Shown here piece after piece: positions 24,592 to 35,069 of a stretch of 64,000 bases of DNA. Numbering within the stretch: position 1 is the first letter of the stretch; each line of letters starts with the position of its first letter. The notes beneath the pieces were generated by a model. That model did not search any database and was not told the DNA's origin. It was given only the letters and a program-made list of their open reading frames with translations. Source of the DNA: Laetmonice hystrix (taxonomy: Eukaryota); assembly GCA_965235115.1 (NCBI GenBank), contig OZ249436.1, positions 15,564,001 through 15,628,000 of the forward strand. The letters run 5' to 3'. A program made the translations under genes and the position numbers.

Positions 24592-24944
24592 ATTACAAAC
24601 GTAGTTCATGTAGGTACATGCACCATTTGGTCTGTAACTCCTATTTCAAACTATAGTTTTAAGAGTTTAAGGATAATTTAGGAATTCATAGAAGGTCAGG
24701 GTAAACTTTAAAAATATTTTACTACGAAAATCTAAGAAATAGTATTAGACATGTAGTTCTATCCCTTTTAACGAAATAACCAGAAATGAAAAACAATCGT
24801 TTAGGAATGATTTTTTTTTCATAGAAGCTAGAGGCGAACTTTAAAGAAAATTTAATACGAAAATTTAAGGTTTCGTATAAGACAGGTAGTTCTATCCCTT
24901 TGAACGAAATATCCAGAAATGAAAAACAATTGCCCATGGATGAC

Positions 24945-25110
24945 TTAAGGACAAGTGCTAGTGTGAGGCCAAAACAAAAAAACTAAGCCGGTGAGGTATA
25001 ATTTTTTTGCTGAATTTTGAAAGAGGACAACATACTCTGTTTATCCGCAAAATTAAAAAAAAAATCTGTCTCAAAAATTTTTTTGGCCTCACACTAGCAC
25101 TTGTCCTTAA
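24945..25110. mobile_element. MITE with TTAA TSD (Kolobok/piggyBac-type flanks)
   Basis: ttaa-GGACAAGTGCTAGTGTGAGGCCAAAA ... TTTTGGCCTCACACTAGCACTTGTCC-ttaa, perfect TIR. Confidence 0.75.
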
Positions 25111-26745
25111 ATTGTCCTCGGGACTGGGTGTTTTGGAAAATAAGTAATTTCGGGTGGAAAATTGGTGAAATACATGTAAATCAATTCTCCCTGGCCATGC
25201 GCGAAATAAATAATGTGTAATTAGTATCGGGAAATAAATAATGAGTCTCATGTGAAATAAATAAATTTTTGTCATGATTGTTGGAAAAAAATAATTGAGG
25301 CAGTCCACTCTTTGAAATAAACAAAATATTCCCAACAAAAAACCCAGGTCCCCCTAAATATCTAATGGTTGCCCCCTTATAGGCCACAAACGGATAGTTG
25401 GATTTCTCTGTACAAATAGACACGTATATATTGATGTGGACCGATATTCTGTCAATGTTCAAAAGGTTTGAGATTTTAAAATATACTTTAGGTATACAAG
25501 TACAAGCAAGTGCTCCTGTGTATAGCTGTCTGATCAACCGATTATAGCAAATGTTATTCTACACGTGCTGTAAATTTATTATAATGAAGTGTGGGTGACA
25601 AAAAAAGAAAATCTAATAAATAGAATATAAGTTTGTAATTTGTACATTCGTATAATGGACTTATGTTATGTTTGCCTCGTAGTTTACTTTGTTCCTGGTA
25701 TAAATAACGAAATTGGCGAACAGCTCCAAACAGCTCCAAACAGGCTGAAGTGTCCGAGGATAAATGCATTAGAAAAGATTTGTTTGGGACAAACACCTGA
25801 TATGAGTACAGTTGGCCAATACATGTTTAGAGAGAAAAAATCGCCAGTAATTCGCCAACCTTTAAACAAGTGATATTGAACGGCAACGTCATGCTTCAAA
25901 AGCACTCTCCTCGTGTAGCAATAGTTATAGGAAACGGTCTGTCATTCAGAAATGAAACCCAGTAAATCAAAGGCGTTGTAGGTGGTTGGAACGTTCCGAT
26001 AACGTCAGGCCTACTCATCGACAAACGCCTTGTCGTGGGTGCTGCCTCATTGCCACTGGTCTACCACAGATGATTAACACAGACGTCATAATCTAGCACT
26101 CTCCACATCAATGGACAAATACTTCAGCAAGAGTGGTGGAAATGGACGTCGATAAAACTAATGGCCCCATGTCATCTAAAGCCCAGGCATAAGAGAGATA
26201 GGTATCAGTTTGGACCTACTTACTGAAATTACTACAAAAAAGGGGGGTGATGTATGTTGAATAAAAATAGTTTTTTTCAGTAGGGTTGTATGATTATTAA
26301 TTAAACAACTGTCACGAGTAAGCACTCACTCCCGTCTATTAATGGGGGGAAAACGGAAGCAAAGTTGTATGATGACATTGAATTTGTGAACCTGGGCGGT
26401 TGTGCATGTACGTCCACAGTCATGCTAACAATCCATCTACTTTGCGTCATCGCACGGTTTTAGCGTTTATACCATACTAGGTGCTCTGCGTGCCATGTAT
26501 TGGTCTGCCATCAACAGCACATCATATTGTTCTCCAAGGCACTCGTACATTTCAACTCAAAACTTGTTAATGGCTCTTTTGTAGCTGTAGATTTCGACCT
26601 GAAGGCGACATTTATTTAACACAGGTCATCTAGTAAAGCACCAACTACAGCACGCGTATCAAGGTCAGATATAATCGCCTGCATCATGTCACACGCTCCA
26701 GTCTGTGACAGCACATCAACCTGATACACCGGTTCAGCCGGACGG

Positions 26746-28641
26746 ATGGCGCACTACCTGATGGAGACTCTACAAGATATTCCTCTTCAGCAGGAAGGAC
26801 CGGTTTCAGAGGACATCGCAATCATCTTTCGTGCTGTTCGAGAGACTATTCGATCAGAATCTCAACATCTTTCCATCGACCGGTTTGAGAAATGGTACCT
26901 TGCATTGAAACACGACCGAATAGACATAGTCGAAGGGGTTCTACGTGAATGTGACTTTGATGAGATGAGTGTATTGTTGAACAACCCATTCTGCTTCATG
27001 GGATCAGAAGTGCAAGAGAACAAAAATCAGCAAGCGTATGAACCTGGCGATTGCCTCTGGAGGAGCCCCTTCCTTCTAACAGCTGCTTTTGCTTCAAGGC
27101 AGTCTTTTGAGGCCATGTTGACGCACAGTGATGTCCTAGACGTGTTTCAGGTAGATAACCAATATCGTAACGTGCTTCACGTCATTGTCACGGCCACACA
27201 AAACACAGGAATAGATCGAGAACACATATACATCAAAATATATGGGGCAGTGATGAAAGCTTTAAGCCTAGGTGAAAGACAGTCATTGTTAATGCAAGAG
27301 GACCTTCAAGGCATGAGACCGCTTGAGCTTGCTACCAGGACAGGATCTTTTAGTTTGGCCAGAGCCATGTTTGAGGAGGTCGGTATCTACAAATTCCCTC
27401 AAGGATTTAAGGGGATATACACCGAGGTTTGGTACGACATCACTGAGTATGAATGCTGGAGGAAGGGTCACAGAAGAAGTTTCTCGCCTTTGCAGATGTT
27501 GCTCTATGTTAGAACGGAACAGCTCAAGGAAGAATGTACTAGAGACTTCTTCGAATGGGACTTTATAAGGACATGGACATCAATCAAGTTTTGGTTGAAT
27601 ATACCGATGTGCGTGCTTTGGTTTCTCTGGAGATTATCCTATTGTATAATGTGTTATTATTTCCGTCCAGACTTGGGGTTCAAAAAGACCAAAGATATTC
27701 CCCCTGTTGTGATAAATACAACTGTAAGCAGCATACCTTTATCCATTATATTATGCGAACGGAGCACATTTGTCACTAGTCTCCCAGCTTCTGTCTACAT
27801 GGTCATTGTTGCATTTGGCATAATCTTGTGCGATCTCATTGAAATCGTCCAACGTTTCCGTATGAAGAATGCTAGCTTCTGGGATCTAATGGATTGGCAC
27901 AAATATGCCACGCATACACTTTTATATCGAGTATGTCAGTTGACTTTGGCAATGTCAGTAATTACAAATGCTTTTCACCCGAAAGCTGATACAGTCTACC
28001 TTTTCGAGACCCTTTTGTACACATTAGCTAGTGTTATCAACGTCTGGACGCTCTTATATTTTTTTGAGTTGTTACCGATCATTGGAAGCTATACTATATG
28101 TATACAAAAGCTACTCGGCGTAATTCTAAGATTTATGTTTCTTTTCTCTTTATTATTTTTCTCCTTTACATTTAGCTTCTGGAAGGTATTCACGGCGGAT
28201 TCATCGCGCTGCCCTCATCCCCTGTTTGCTGACCTCTCCACCTCATTCTATTCCACATTCCAAATCATGCTCAACATGATCCCCAACTTGACGTCGTATG
28301 TTGAAAACAATGAAACGGCAGCGATCTTCATTCAGGTCATCTTTTGGTTGATAATTGCAGTGATGATGCTGAATTTTCTCGTCGCTCTTATGACAAATGA
28401 AATCAACTACATCATGGAACACCGGTGCATGAGCGAGGTTCTCCAGCGCCTCTCGGCATCTATGCTAATTGAACGGCGTTGTGGTTTTCTTAGGCTCCAG
28501 TGGATCTATATCCGCTTCCAAGATCGTTATTTTGTTAAAAACAACGGTAAAATATATATACGTCTCTTCAGATTTGAGACACAATGCCAAAAGATTCACA
28601 CCGGGAAGGCGCATGTTGGGAGGGGCTCATTTGCTACCTAA
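26746..28641 (+). CDS. Divergent TRPV-like cation channel, single coding exon, 631 aa
   Basis: Degenerate ankyrin repeats (RSPFLLTAA, RNVLHVIV, MRPLELAT), linker YKFPQGFKGIYTEVWYDITEYE, multiple TM helices, S4-S5 linker IGSYTICIQK, pore helix SFYSTFQIML, S6 MMLNFLVALM, TRP-helix-like LQRLSASMLIERR. AATAAA at 28688. Confidence 0.85.
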   Translation: MAHYLMETLQDIPLQQEGPVSEDIAIIFRAVRETIRSESQHLSIDRFEKWYLALKHDRIDIVEGVLRECDFDEMSVLLNNPFCFMGSEVQENKNQQAYEPGDCLWRSPFLLTAAFASRQSFEAMLTHSDVLDVFQVDNQYRNVLHVIVTATQNTGIDREHIYIKIYGAVMKALSLGERQSLLMQEDLQGMRPLELATRTGSFSLARAMFEEVGIYKFPQGFKGIYTEVWYDITEYECWRKGHRRSFSPLQMLLYVRTEQLKEECTRDFFEWDFIRTWTSIKFWLNIPMCVLWFLWRLSYCIMCYYFRPDLGFKKTKDIPPVVINTTVSSIPLSIILCERSTFVTSLPASVYMVIVAFGIILCDLIEIVQRFRMKNASFWDLMDWHKYATHTLLYRVCQLTLAMSVITNAFHPKADTVYLFETLLYTLASVINVWTLLYFFELLPIIGSYTICIQKLLGVILRFMFLFSLLFFSFTFSFWKVFTADSSRCPHPLFADLSTSFYSTFQIMLNMIPNLTSYVENNETAAIFIQVIFWLIIAVMMLNFLVALMTNEINYIMEHRCMSEVLQRLSASMLIERRCGFLRLQWIYIRFQDRYFVKNNGKIYIRLFRFETQCQKIHTGKAHVGRGSFAT

Positions 28642-28694
28642 AATACATTATGAGGTATAGATGTGTATAATTCGTTTAGATTTTGAGAATAAAA

Positions 28695-29172
28695 CCTACC
28701 TCACACTACACGATTTTCTAACGACATGACAAGAATATGTGAGATACGACAAGACAGAACAAATTTTCTTGTGTTGTCGCTGGTTATCGTAACGTGTGAG
28801 AGGTTGGCCGACACGATTGTATACAATATTATTATTAATATTATTATGGGGATTTCAACAATGTTGAAAATATTTCTCTCGTACGACAGTTTTTCTTGTC
28901 GAGTCGTAGTAAATCGTAAGTTGTGAGAACACCTGTATTTTCGTGTCGTAGACAACACATCGTGTCGTGAAAACTCCGTGTACATTGTATATCGTAGGAA
29001 ATCGTTTTTTTGGTGTCGTATCGCACATACCTCTTCTGCGCGTGCCTCATTTTCCCACCCAGCTCGTGCCATTTTCCCGCCAACACTTTGTCTTATCGTG
29101 TCGTAGAAAGTTATTGTAGGAAATCGCAGAAAATGTCCAATATATTCGCAAAATCGTGTAGTGTGAGACAGG
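28695..29172. mobile_element. MITE (PIF/Harbinger-like TIR) immediately after the TRPV-like gene's poly(A) signal
   Basis: CCTACCTCACACTACACGATTTT ... AAAATCGTGTAGTGTGAGACAGG; internal ACGA/TCGT-rich subrepeats. Confidence 0.7.
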
Positions 29173-30470
29173 CAAAGGTACTCTGAAGGATATCTTATAC
29201 AGTACATGAAATTCAAAATAAAAAGTGTGCACATGTATAATACACGTTTTATATTGTAACGGCTTTGTTCTCTTCATTTTCTTTGTAAAGATTGAATAAA
29301 TAAAATGCCAGTGTTGCGGCAAATTGCTCGTGGTTAAGCCCTCAGATTTTTCTTTTGTTCGGATCCGCATGTAAATTTGATTTATGGTGTAATATTCGGA
29401 TGGTCATTATGGTGCTGGTAGATACATTGGTTCTCGGTGAGGCAGTAAGGTCATGCTTGCGTAGGTTACAGACGGATCAACGCCCTCTTTGTCTATATGC
29501 TCTCCCACCAAGCCATCCGCTATTACTTTGGTTACCAATAACGTTTGTTAGTGAAGACGTCATCGGTAGTACAAACACTGCCCTACCATTGTTAGCCACA
29601 TCGCAAGTTCAAGAGATTTTGGCAGCATTGCGAACAGAAAATGAAGTACACCATACTAAAGTCATACTGCACTCACTCAATAAAAATATTTTTACCAGTA
29701 TTTCGAATTCTTTTGCCTTGGTACCTCGGTAGCTGTCTTATTTTCTCACCTGTATGTTTGCACTACTTGGTACTATCTTTAGTAATTTTGGCCTCTGCTG
29801 ATCAGCATTATTTCCCCGTTACCAATTTCCTGCAATTTCTTTTTATCTCACTGCATATTGCAAATTGTAACCTAATCATTGGGAACAAAATTCTAAGTTC
29901 TTTTATAAAATATTTATTTTGGATTATATCTCCGGCGCAAAGCAGGTCAATTATATTGGCAATGCCGTAATTGATATGCGAAAGAATTATTTTCGTTGGA
30001 AATGTCTTTTAAAAGCCAGTTTATTTACCTTCTAAGGCACTAGCACATCACCTGGCCTTAAATTCTTTAGAAATGTAAAGATGTAATGAAATGTAATTAC
30101 GTTCTTTTTAGAATCCCTCTAAGCGTATCAATTAAGTATTCATTTGGATGTACCCACTTCGACTGTCATTTTTCTTTCCCCCGTCAACTTGGAAGGTCAT
30201 GAGTTTGGCAAATTTGAATTTATTTGCACAATAATAGGTACGAGATGTTAAAAATACCTTTAGAAAATCTTTAGAGCTGGTGTTGCCCCGGAAAACAATT
30301 TGTAGAAAGGGGGAATATTTTCAAAGATCAACCTGGCTCGAGGTTTGCACATCGAGTTACATGTATTAATGTCAGTATACTGGATTGTAAACAAAACCTT
30401 GGTTAGCAACTCCAAAGCTGCTCCAGTGTAATGTTAAAAACTGTCAACAATAAGGTGAACATCCTGAATC

Positions 30471-31793
30471 CTACTCGGAATTGTTAAATGCTAAATACAC
30501 AAAGGCCCCACCAAAGAGGAAAATCGTAAAGACCAGCAAACCAACACCACCGTCATGTAGACGTCGTGCGAAGGGGAGACCATCTTGTAGTGTAGAATCG
30601 TATCTATTAAATCCATCCCTTTGAGTGCGATTCCGACCTGGTACAGCTCGTAATGCCATACAACGTCCAGAAACCCTGCGCTCCTTGCATTGCCACGGCA
30701 CAAAGCGGTTAATGTCCGACAGTGGGGTCGGATTACGGATCCACTCCAAGGCTTGGCTAACCGTCACAACCCACACGTCTTTCCGCACGCTGACATCATC
30801 GAGGAAACGGTTGAATGCGGGCAAGGCGTAGATGTTGGACGTAAACCATTCAGCGTGGACGTTGATAATCATAGGGGCTTTGTTCCTGGCGTAACTCCGA
30901 AGGAAATGGTTCATAAGATTTCTGTAGACTTCATTCACACTGGTTGCTTCGGTGTCGCACTTGTCCCAAAATGAGCACTTTTCTCCGTTAGAATCAGTCA
31001 TTGGCTGTAATGGCACTTCCCAAAGAGGATAACTTTTGGAAGGACATGGCACAATTTCGCAGGGAATCTGACGAGGATAATTAAGGGTGTAAGGCCAGTA
31101 CAGGTCGGTCGACTGGTCCACATTGACCAGCAGTGAAGCATCATATGAAAAGCCCCTTTCTTTTAAAATGGTGAACTGAATATCTCCACCAGGCTGAAGG
31201 AATGGGGACCTATAACCCTTGATCGTATTTGCTTCGATGCCACCCAGATCGGCGATATTCTTCTTTTGGTCATTTATCTCTTTGTCGTATTCGCTGACGG
31301 GAGCATCTTTCCAGAATGATATAGGTGTTCGGTGAGTGATGGAATGACTGGCCATTTCGTGTCCCTGCTCCCACAGGTCACTCACCATGCAGTAGTTGGT
31401 GTACTGATGGGATATGAAGAGCGTCATGGTGATTGGGCAACCATTAGGATTCTGTCTGTCTGGTGTGAAGAGATCCTGGAACGAATCAATCACTAACTCG
31501 TTGACAGCATCATCAAACGTGAAGACTATCATCTGCGGAGTGTCCTGGGGTAGCAGACCTCCGGGAATAGATCTACTGGCACAGAGACAATCAGGGAGTT
31601 TACATTGTGAGGGGTGACACCCGGGTGGAATAGTAGGCGCCACTGTCGCTGCACCACGGCCACCACTCGTCGTTCTAATGCTGTCGTCTTGACTGGGGGT
31701 TGAATCCACTTGGGCAACGGCCCCCATCGATAGGAATCCTGCACCAACCAAACACAACAAAGTAAACATATTCCTAGATTTACACATTTCCAT
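30471..31793 (-). CDS. Chitin deacetylase-like / CE4 polysaccharide deacetylase with signal peptide and C-terminal TM helix
   Basis: C..S.CKLPDCLC, PQMIVFTFDDAVN, NPNGCPI, HSITH, GYRSPFL, YWPYTL, WEVP, INVHAEWF, EWIRNP. First ATG at 31793, after a splice acceptor at 31820-31821; the ORF track's GTG start is not used. Confidence 0.9.
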   Translation of the reverse strand: MEMCKSRNMFTLLCLVGAGFLSMGAVAQVDSTPSQDDSIRTTSGGRGAATVAPTIPPGCHPSQCKLPDCLCASRSIPGGLLPQDTPQMIVFTFDDAVNELVIDSFQDLFTPDRQNPNGCPITMTLFISHQYTNYCMVSDLWEQGHEMASHSITHRTPISFWKDAPVSEYDKEINDQKKNIADLGGIEANTIKGYRSPFLQPGGDIQFTILKERGFSYDASLLVNVDQSTDLYWPYTLNYPRQIPCEIVPCPSKSYPLWEVPLQPMTDSNGEKCSFWDKCDTEATSVNEVYRNLMNHFLRSYARNKAPMIINVHAEWFTSNIYALPAFNRFLDDVSVRKDVWVVTVSQALEWIRNPTPLSDINRFVPWQCKERRVSGRCMALRAVPGRNRTQRDGFNRYDSTLQDGLPFARRLHDGGVGLLVFTIFLFGGAFVYLAFNNSE

Positions 31794-32447
31794 AATATGA
31801 AGTTTTAAATCTATGGTTCCTGCAAAATGCCAGTTCACAAAAGCTCGTCAGGCTAGAGTGCATCGAGCAGACGGCGGTGTGGAGTTCGCACTTGCATTAC
31901 CTTTCCTTTTGTATGGGAGAAGACGGAACCCATACACTCCGACCTGCGGGTTGTGACGTCGAGTGACGATTTGACCTTTATCAGACACGGTCGGCCACGC
32001 GCAATGACACATATTCTGATTATGCCACCACTTCCTGGAGAGATTGTATCCGTAGTAGAAAAACAATACCAATGTCGCATATAGTATACTGGTAATAGGA
32101 GTTATTGGCATAAACGTATACCATACAGTATCATCATTTTATTCTGACAACTTCATAAATAAGCGAATATCATCATCTGAAATATCAAATAGACATCTGA
32201 ACATTATGTTTTCTACATGGGTCAGATGCACTTGAAAAGGAAATGTGCATACATAGTGCACGAAGCCGTGGTTACGTCTCGCACTAACAATATCCTGGTA
32301 GATCAAGGGCTGACAGTATTGGCTGTGCAGCTCTGGCGGCTTTGTGGTTTAGGTATTTCAGTACTAAAATGGCATACTTCGGAAGTAAATTGTGATACAA
32401 AGCAACCACATATAGAACCACATCTGGCTGCTAATATTAAAGAGGTC

Positions 32448-34079
32448 CTACACATATTGGTTGTCTTTCACCCAGAAATAGATATAGGAAACCACAAACA
32501 CAATAATGGTGATGAACACTGCCGCAATTCCGCCGTCTTTGAGACGTTTTCTGGTCGGGAGAGGATCCTGGAGAACAGACTTGTATTTTTGAAATTCTGA
32601 CTTTTTTGTCCTGTTTCTGCCTGGTAGTGCTTTGATGGACATGCACGGCCCCGTTTCCCTCGGCTGGGTACATTGCCATGGACTAAAGCCGCCTATAGCG
32701 CTCAGTGGCATCGGATTACGGACCCAATCCAACGCTTGAGATACCGTGATTATATAGACATCAGTTCTGTTACCCATATCAGCAATGAATCGTTTAACGC
32801 CCTCTAGGCTGTATTCATTGGTCCTAAACCACTCAGCATGAATATTAAACAATAATGGAGCTCTGTTTCCTTCATAAGTCCGGCGGAAATTACGTATCAA
32901 ATTTTGAAACACTTCGTCGACACTTCCTGGATCGCGTTTGCATTCATCCCAGAAGGTGCAGAGATCTCGGTTGGAATCGACCATTGGTTGTACAGGGACC
33001 TCCCACAGACCCGGGTATGACCCCTGTGGACACGGAGGGATTCTACACGGGATTTGATCGGCAAAGTCCAACGTGTAAGGCCAGTAAAACTGATCGGAAG
33101 GTTCAATGTGAAAGGAGAGTGACGAGTCATAGGTAAAACCACGGTTCCGCATGACGGTAAACTGCTTGTCTCCTCCTGGCTGCAGGAAGGGCGATCTATA
33201 TCCTCTGATCATGTTCTCGGGAATGCCGCCAAGTTTTTGAAGATTCAGTTTCTGGTTGAATATCTCCATATCGTACTCTCGGCCAGGCGCATTTATCCAG
33301 TAAGTACGTGGCAGTCTATGGGTAATAGAATGACTTGCAGCTTCGTTACCTTCTTTCAACAGACTTGCCACTGAGCAGTAATTGGTGTATTGGTGAGAAA
33401 CAAACAAAGTCATTGTTATGGGACAACCATTAGGGTTTTTAACACTGGAGTTGAATAGATCCTCCAAGTAAACCATGACGTTTTCATTAACGGAGCCATC
33501 AAATGTAAAGACAACCATCTGAGGCGTATCTTGAGATGGAATTCTCCCAGGAATATGTTTACCGGCACAGAAGCAGTCAGGAAGGTCGCACACGGAAGAA
33601 TCACAGCGTGTACGATTCAGCGCTGGGGTGGTCGTCCGTGTTGTCGTCTTTATCCCAATGTCCATGGTTTCATGTCGACTGACATTCACAGCCACCGTAC
33701 CGTTTCCAATCTCCTGCACAGTAATTAAACCCAGAGCAAGTGTTAACCACATAAATGTAACCCGAGCCATACGTAATGAGAATCCCCCCATTATGTGTTC
33801 GTCAGCATGTAATGTTGCACAACAGTTGGGCGGCAACAATTGGGTCACACCTGTTATTATGTGTGTCAACACCACCGATCCATGTCCATTACCTGTACTC
33901 TGACTTTCGTTACGCTTCAGCATTTCTGCGATGGTATAATCCAGGGTTATGTCGTGAAGGTCAATCTTAGTAACTTTAATGACACTATTATTAAAAGGGG
34001 GCGGGGCGGTGCATGTTTCCTGACAATAGACTTTTACCGTACGTGTGACGTTCCACGTACGTGGACGTTTTTGCCCCAT
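32448..34079 (-). CDS. Chitin deacetylase-like CE4 paralog (TFDG variant), membrane-anchored; true start may be Met at 33791
   Basis: Same motif set as the neighbour (CDLPDCFC, NPNGCPI, HSITH, RSPFL, FNIHAEWF) but motif 1 is TFDG. Hydrophobic signal-like segment after residue about 97; C-terminal TM helix. Confidence 0.88.
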   Translation of the reverse strand: MGQKRPRTWNVTRTVKVYCQETCTAPPPFNNSVIKVTKIDLHDITLDYTIAEMLKRNESQSTGNGHGSVVLTHIITGVTQLLPPNCCATLHADEHIMGGFSLRMARVTFMWLTLALGLITVQEIGNGTVAVNVSRHETMDIGIKTTTRTTTPALNRTRCDSSVCDLPDCFCAGKHIPGRIPSQDTPQMVVFTFDGSVNENVMVYLEDLFNSSVKNPNGCPITMTLFVSHQYTNYCSVASLLKEGNEAASHSITHRLPRTYWINAPGREYDMEIFNQKLNLQKLGGIPENMIRGYRSPFLQPGGDKQFTVMRNRGFTYDSSLSFHIEPSDQFYWPYTLDFADQIPCRIPPCPQGSYPGLWEVPVQPMVDSNRDLCTFWDECKRDPGSVDEVFQNLIRNFRRTYEGNRAPLLFNIHAEWFRTNEYSLEGVKRFIADMGNRTDVYIITVSQALDWVRNPMPLSAIGGFSPWQCTQPRETGPCMSIKALPGRNRTKKSEFQKYKSVLQDPLPTRKRLKDGGIAAVFITIIVFVVSYIYFWVKDNQYV

Positions 34080-34641
34080 CAGTTTAAGAATAGGCCAATA
34101 TTATCTAGCAAAATAATACAGCCAATAGGATCGTGCAAGATGTGGACCTCGGTGGTCGTACCCCGAAATGGGGAAATTTGCTTGATCCGTCATGCTGTTT
34201 TTTTAAATAGGTGAGTTAAACTTTTATCTTTCTTTTTTCATCCTGTGCACATTACATTTGTGGCCAGCACTCTTTTCTTAGTATCACCTGTTCCAGGGTA
34301 CCGGCCTCGGGCGAACCCTAGTGGCAGGCTAGCTAAACGGGATTCACTAACAACCGATGGTACTGCCCTCTTGCGTCCAATATGTGTATCACAAGCATCG
34401 AACAGTGTTTAGAAGACCTAATTCGATAGCCTCATATATTTCAAAGTCTTGCCAATAGAAAAATCAAGATATATAAAAGATATTATCACTTTATTACAGA
34501 ACACGGAAGCATAGGGTTACTTACTCGCAGGAACCTGCCGATATTTTTCCAACAAAGAATATAATTTACATGACTCACAATTGGACATCAATCGGGCCAT
34601 GGATCGCCTCCCTGAATACAACGTGCAATAGTTCCCATATA

Positions 34642-35069
34642 CAGGGTGTCTCAAAAAAATGGTAATCCAAAAACAAAGGGCTTTTGTGACCAGCTATAGG
34701 TAAATTTAGAGAAGATAAATGGCTGAATAATAAAGTACTGTTCATGAGCTTTCCAGTGACACCATCCTGACCTTCCTGTGGTCGCGCATTGCCGAACTGT
34801 GGGGTTTTAAAAATGGGACATCAGAATCCAAAATTTACAACTTGGGATATGGTTGAAATTGACACCAAAACAACGCCAAAGATTCGTCAGAGATTTTATT
34901 TACAGAACATGTAACAGCCATAGGCGTGCCAGTTTTACGTAAACCAGATTTGATGCGGGTACAATCTTGCACCATCATTCACGGACCAACCCCTTCAACG
35001 TCGTCACTTCGTCGCTGCAACCTTTGCCTCCAGAGAGGGGGTGGACATGTTGAAGGGGTTTGGGGCTGA
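34642..35069 (+). mobile_element. Internally deleted Tc1/mariner-superfamily remnant
   Basis: TA + CAGGGTGTCTCAAAAAAA terminus; degenerate N-terminal fragment LTPKQRQRFVRDFIYRTCNS; C-terminal RRCNLCLQRGGGHVEGVWG* (35010-35069) resembles the ..C...GGH(F/V)E end of DD-D transposases. Confidence 0.6.

Noticed and set aside
29355..29970. 125-aa and 109-aa ORFs between the TRPV-like and CE4 genes
   Set aside because: No motifs or coherent splice structure; likely chance ORFs or decayed sequence.
31794..31838. ORF-track N-terminal extension of the CE4 gene from a GTG
   Set aside because: Crosses a splice acceptor at 31820-31821; the first ATG with a signal peptide is at 31793.
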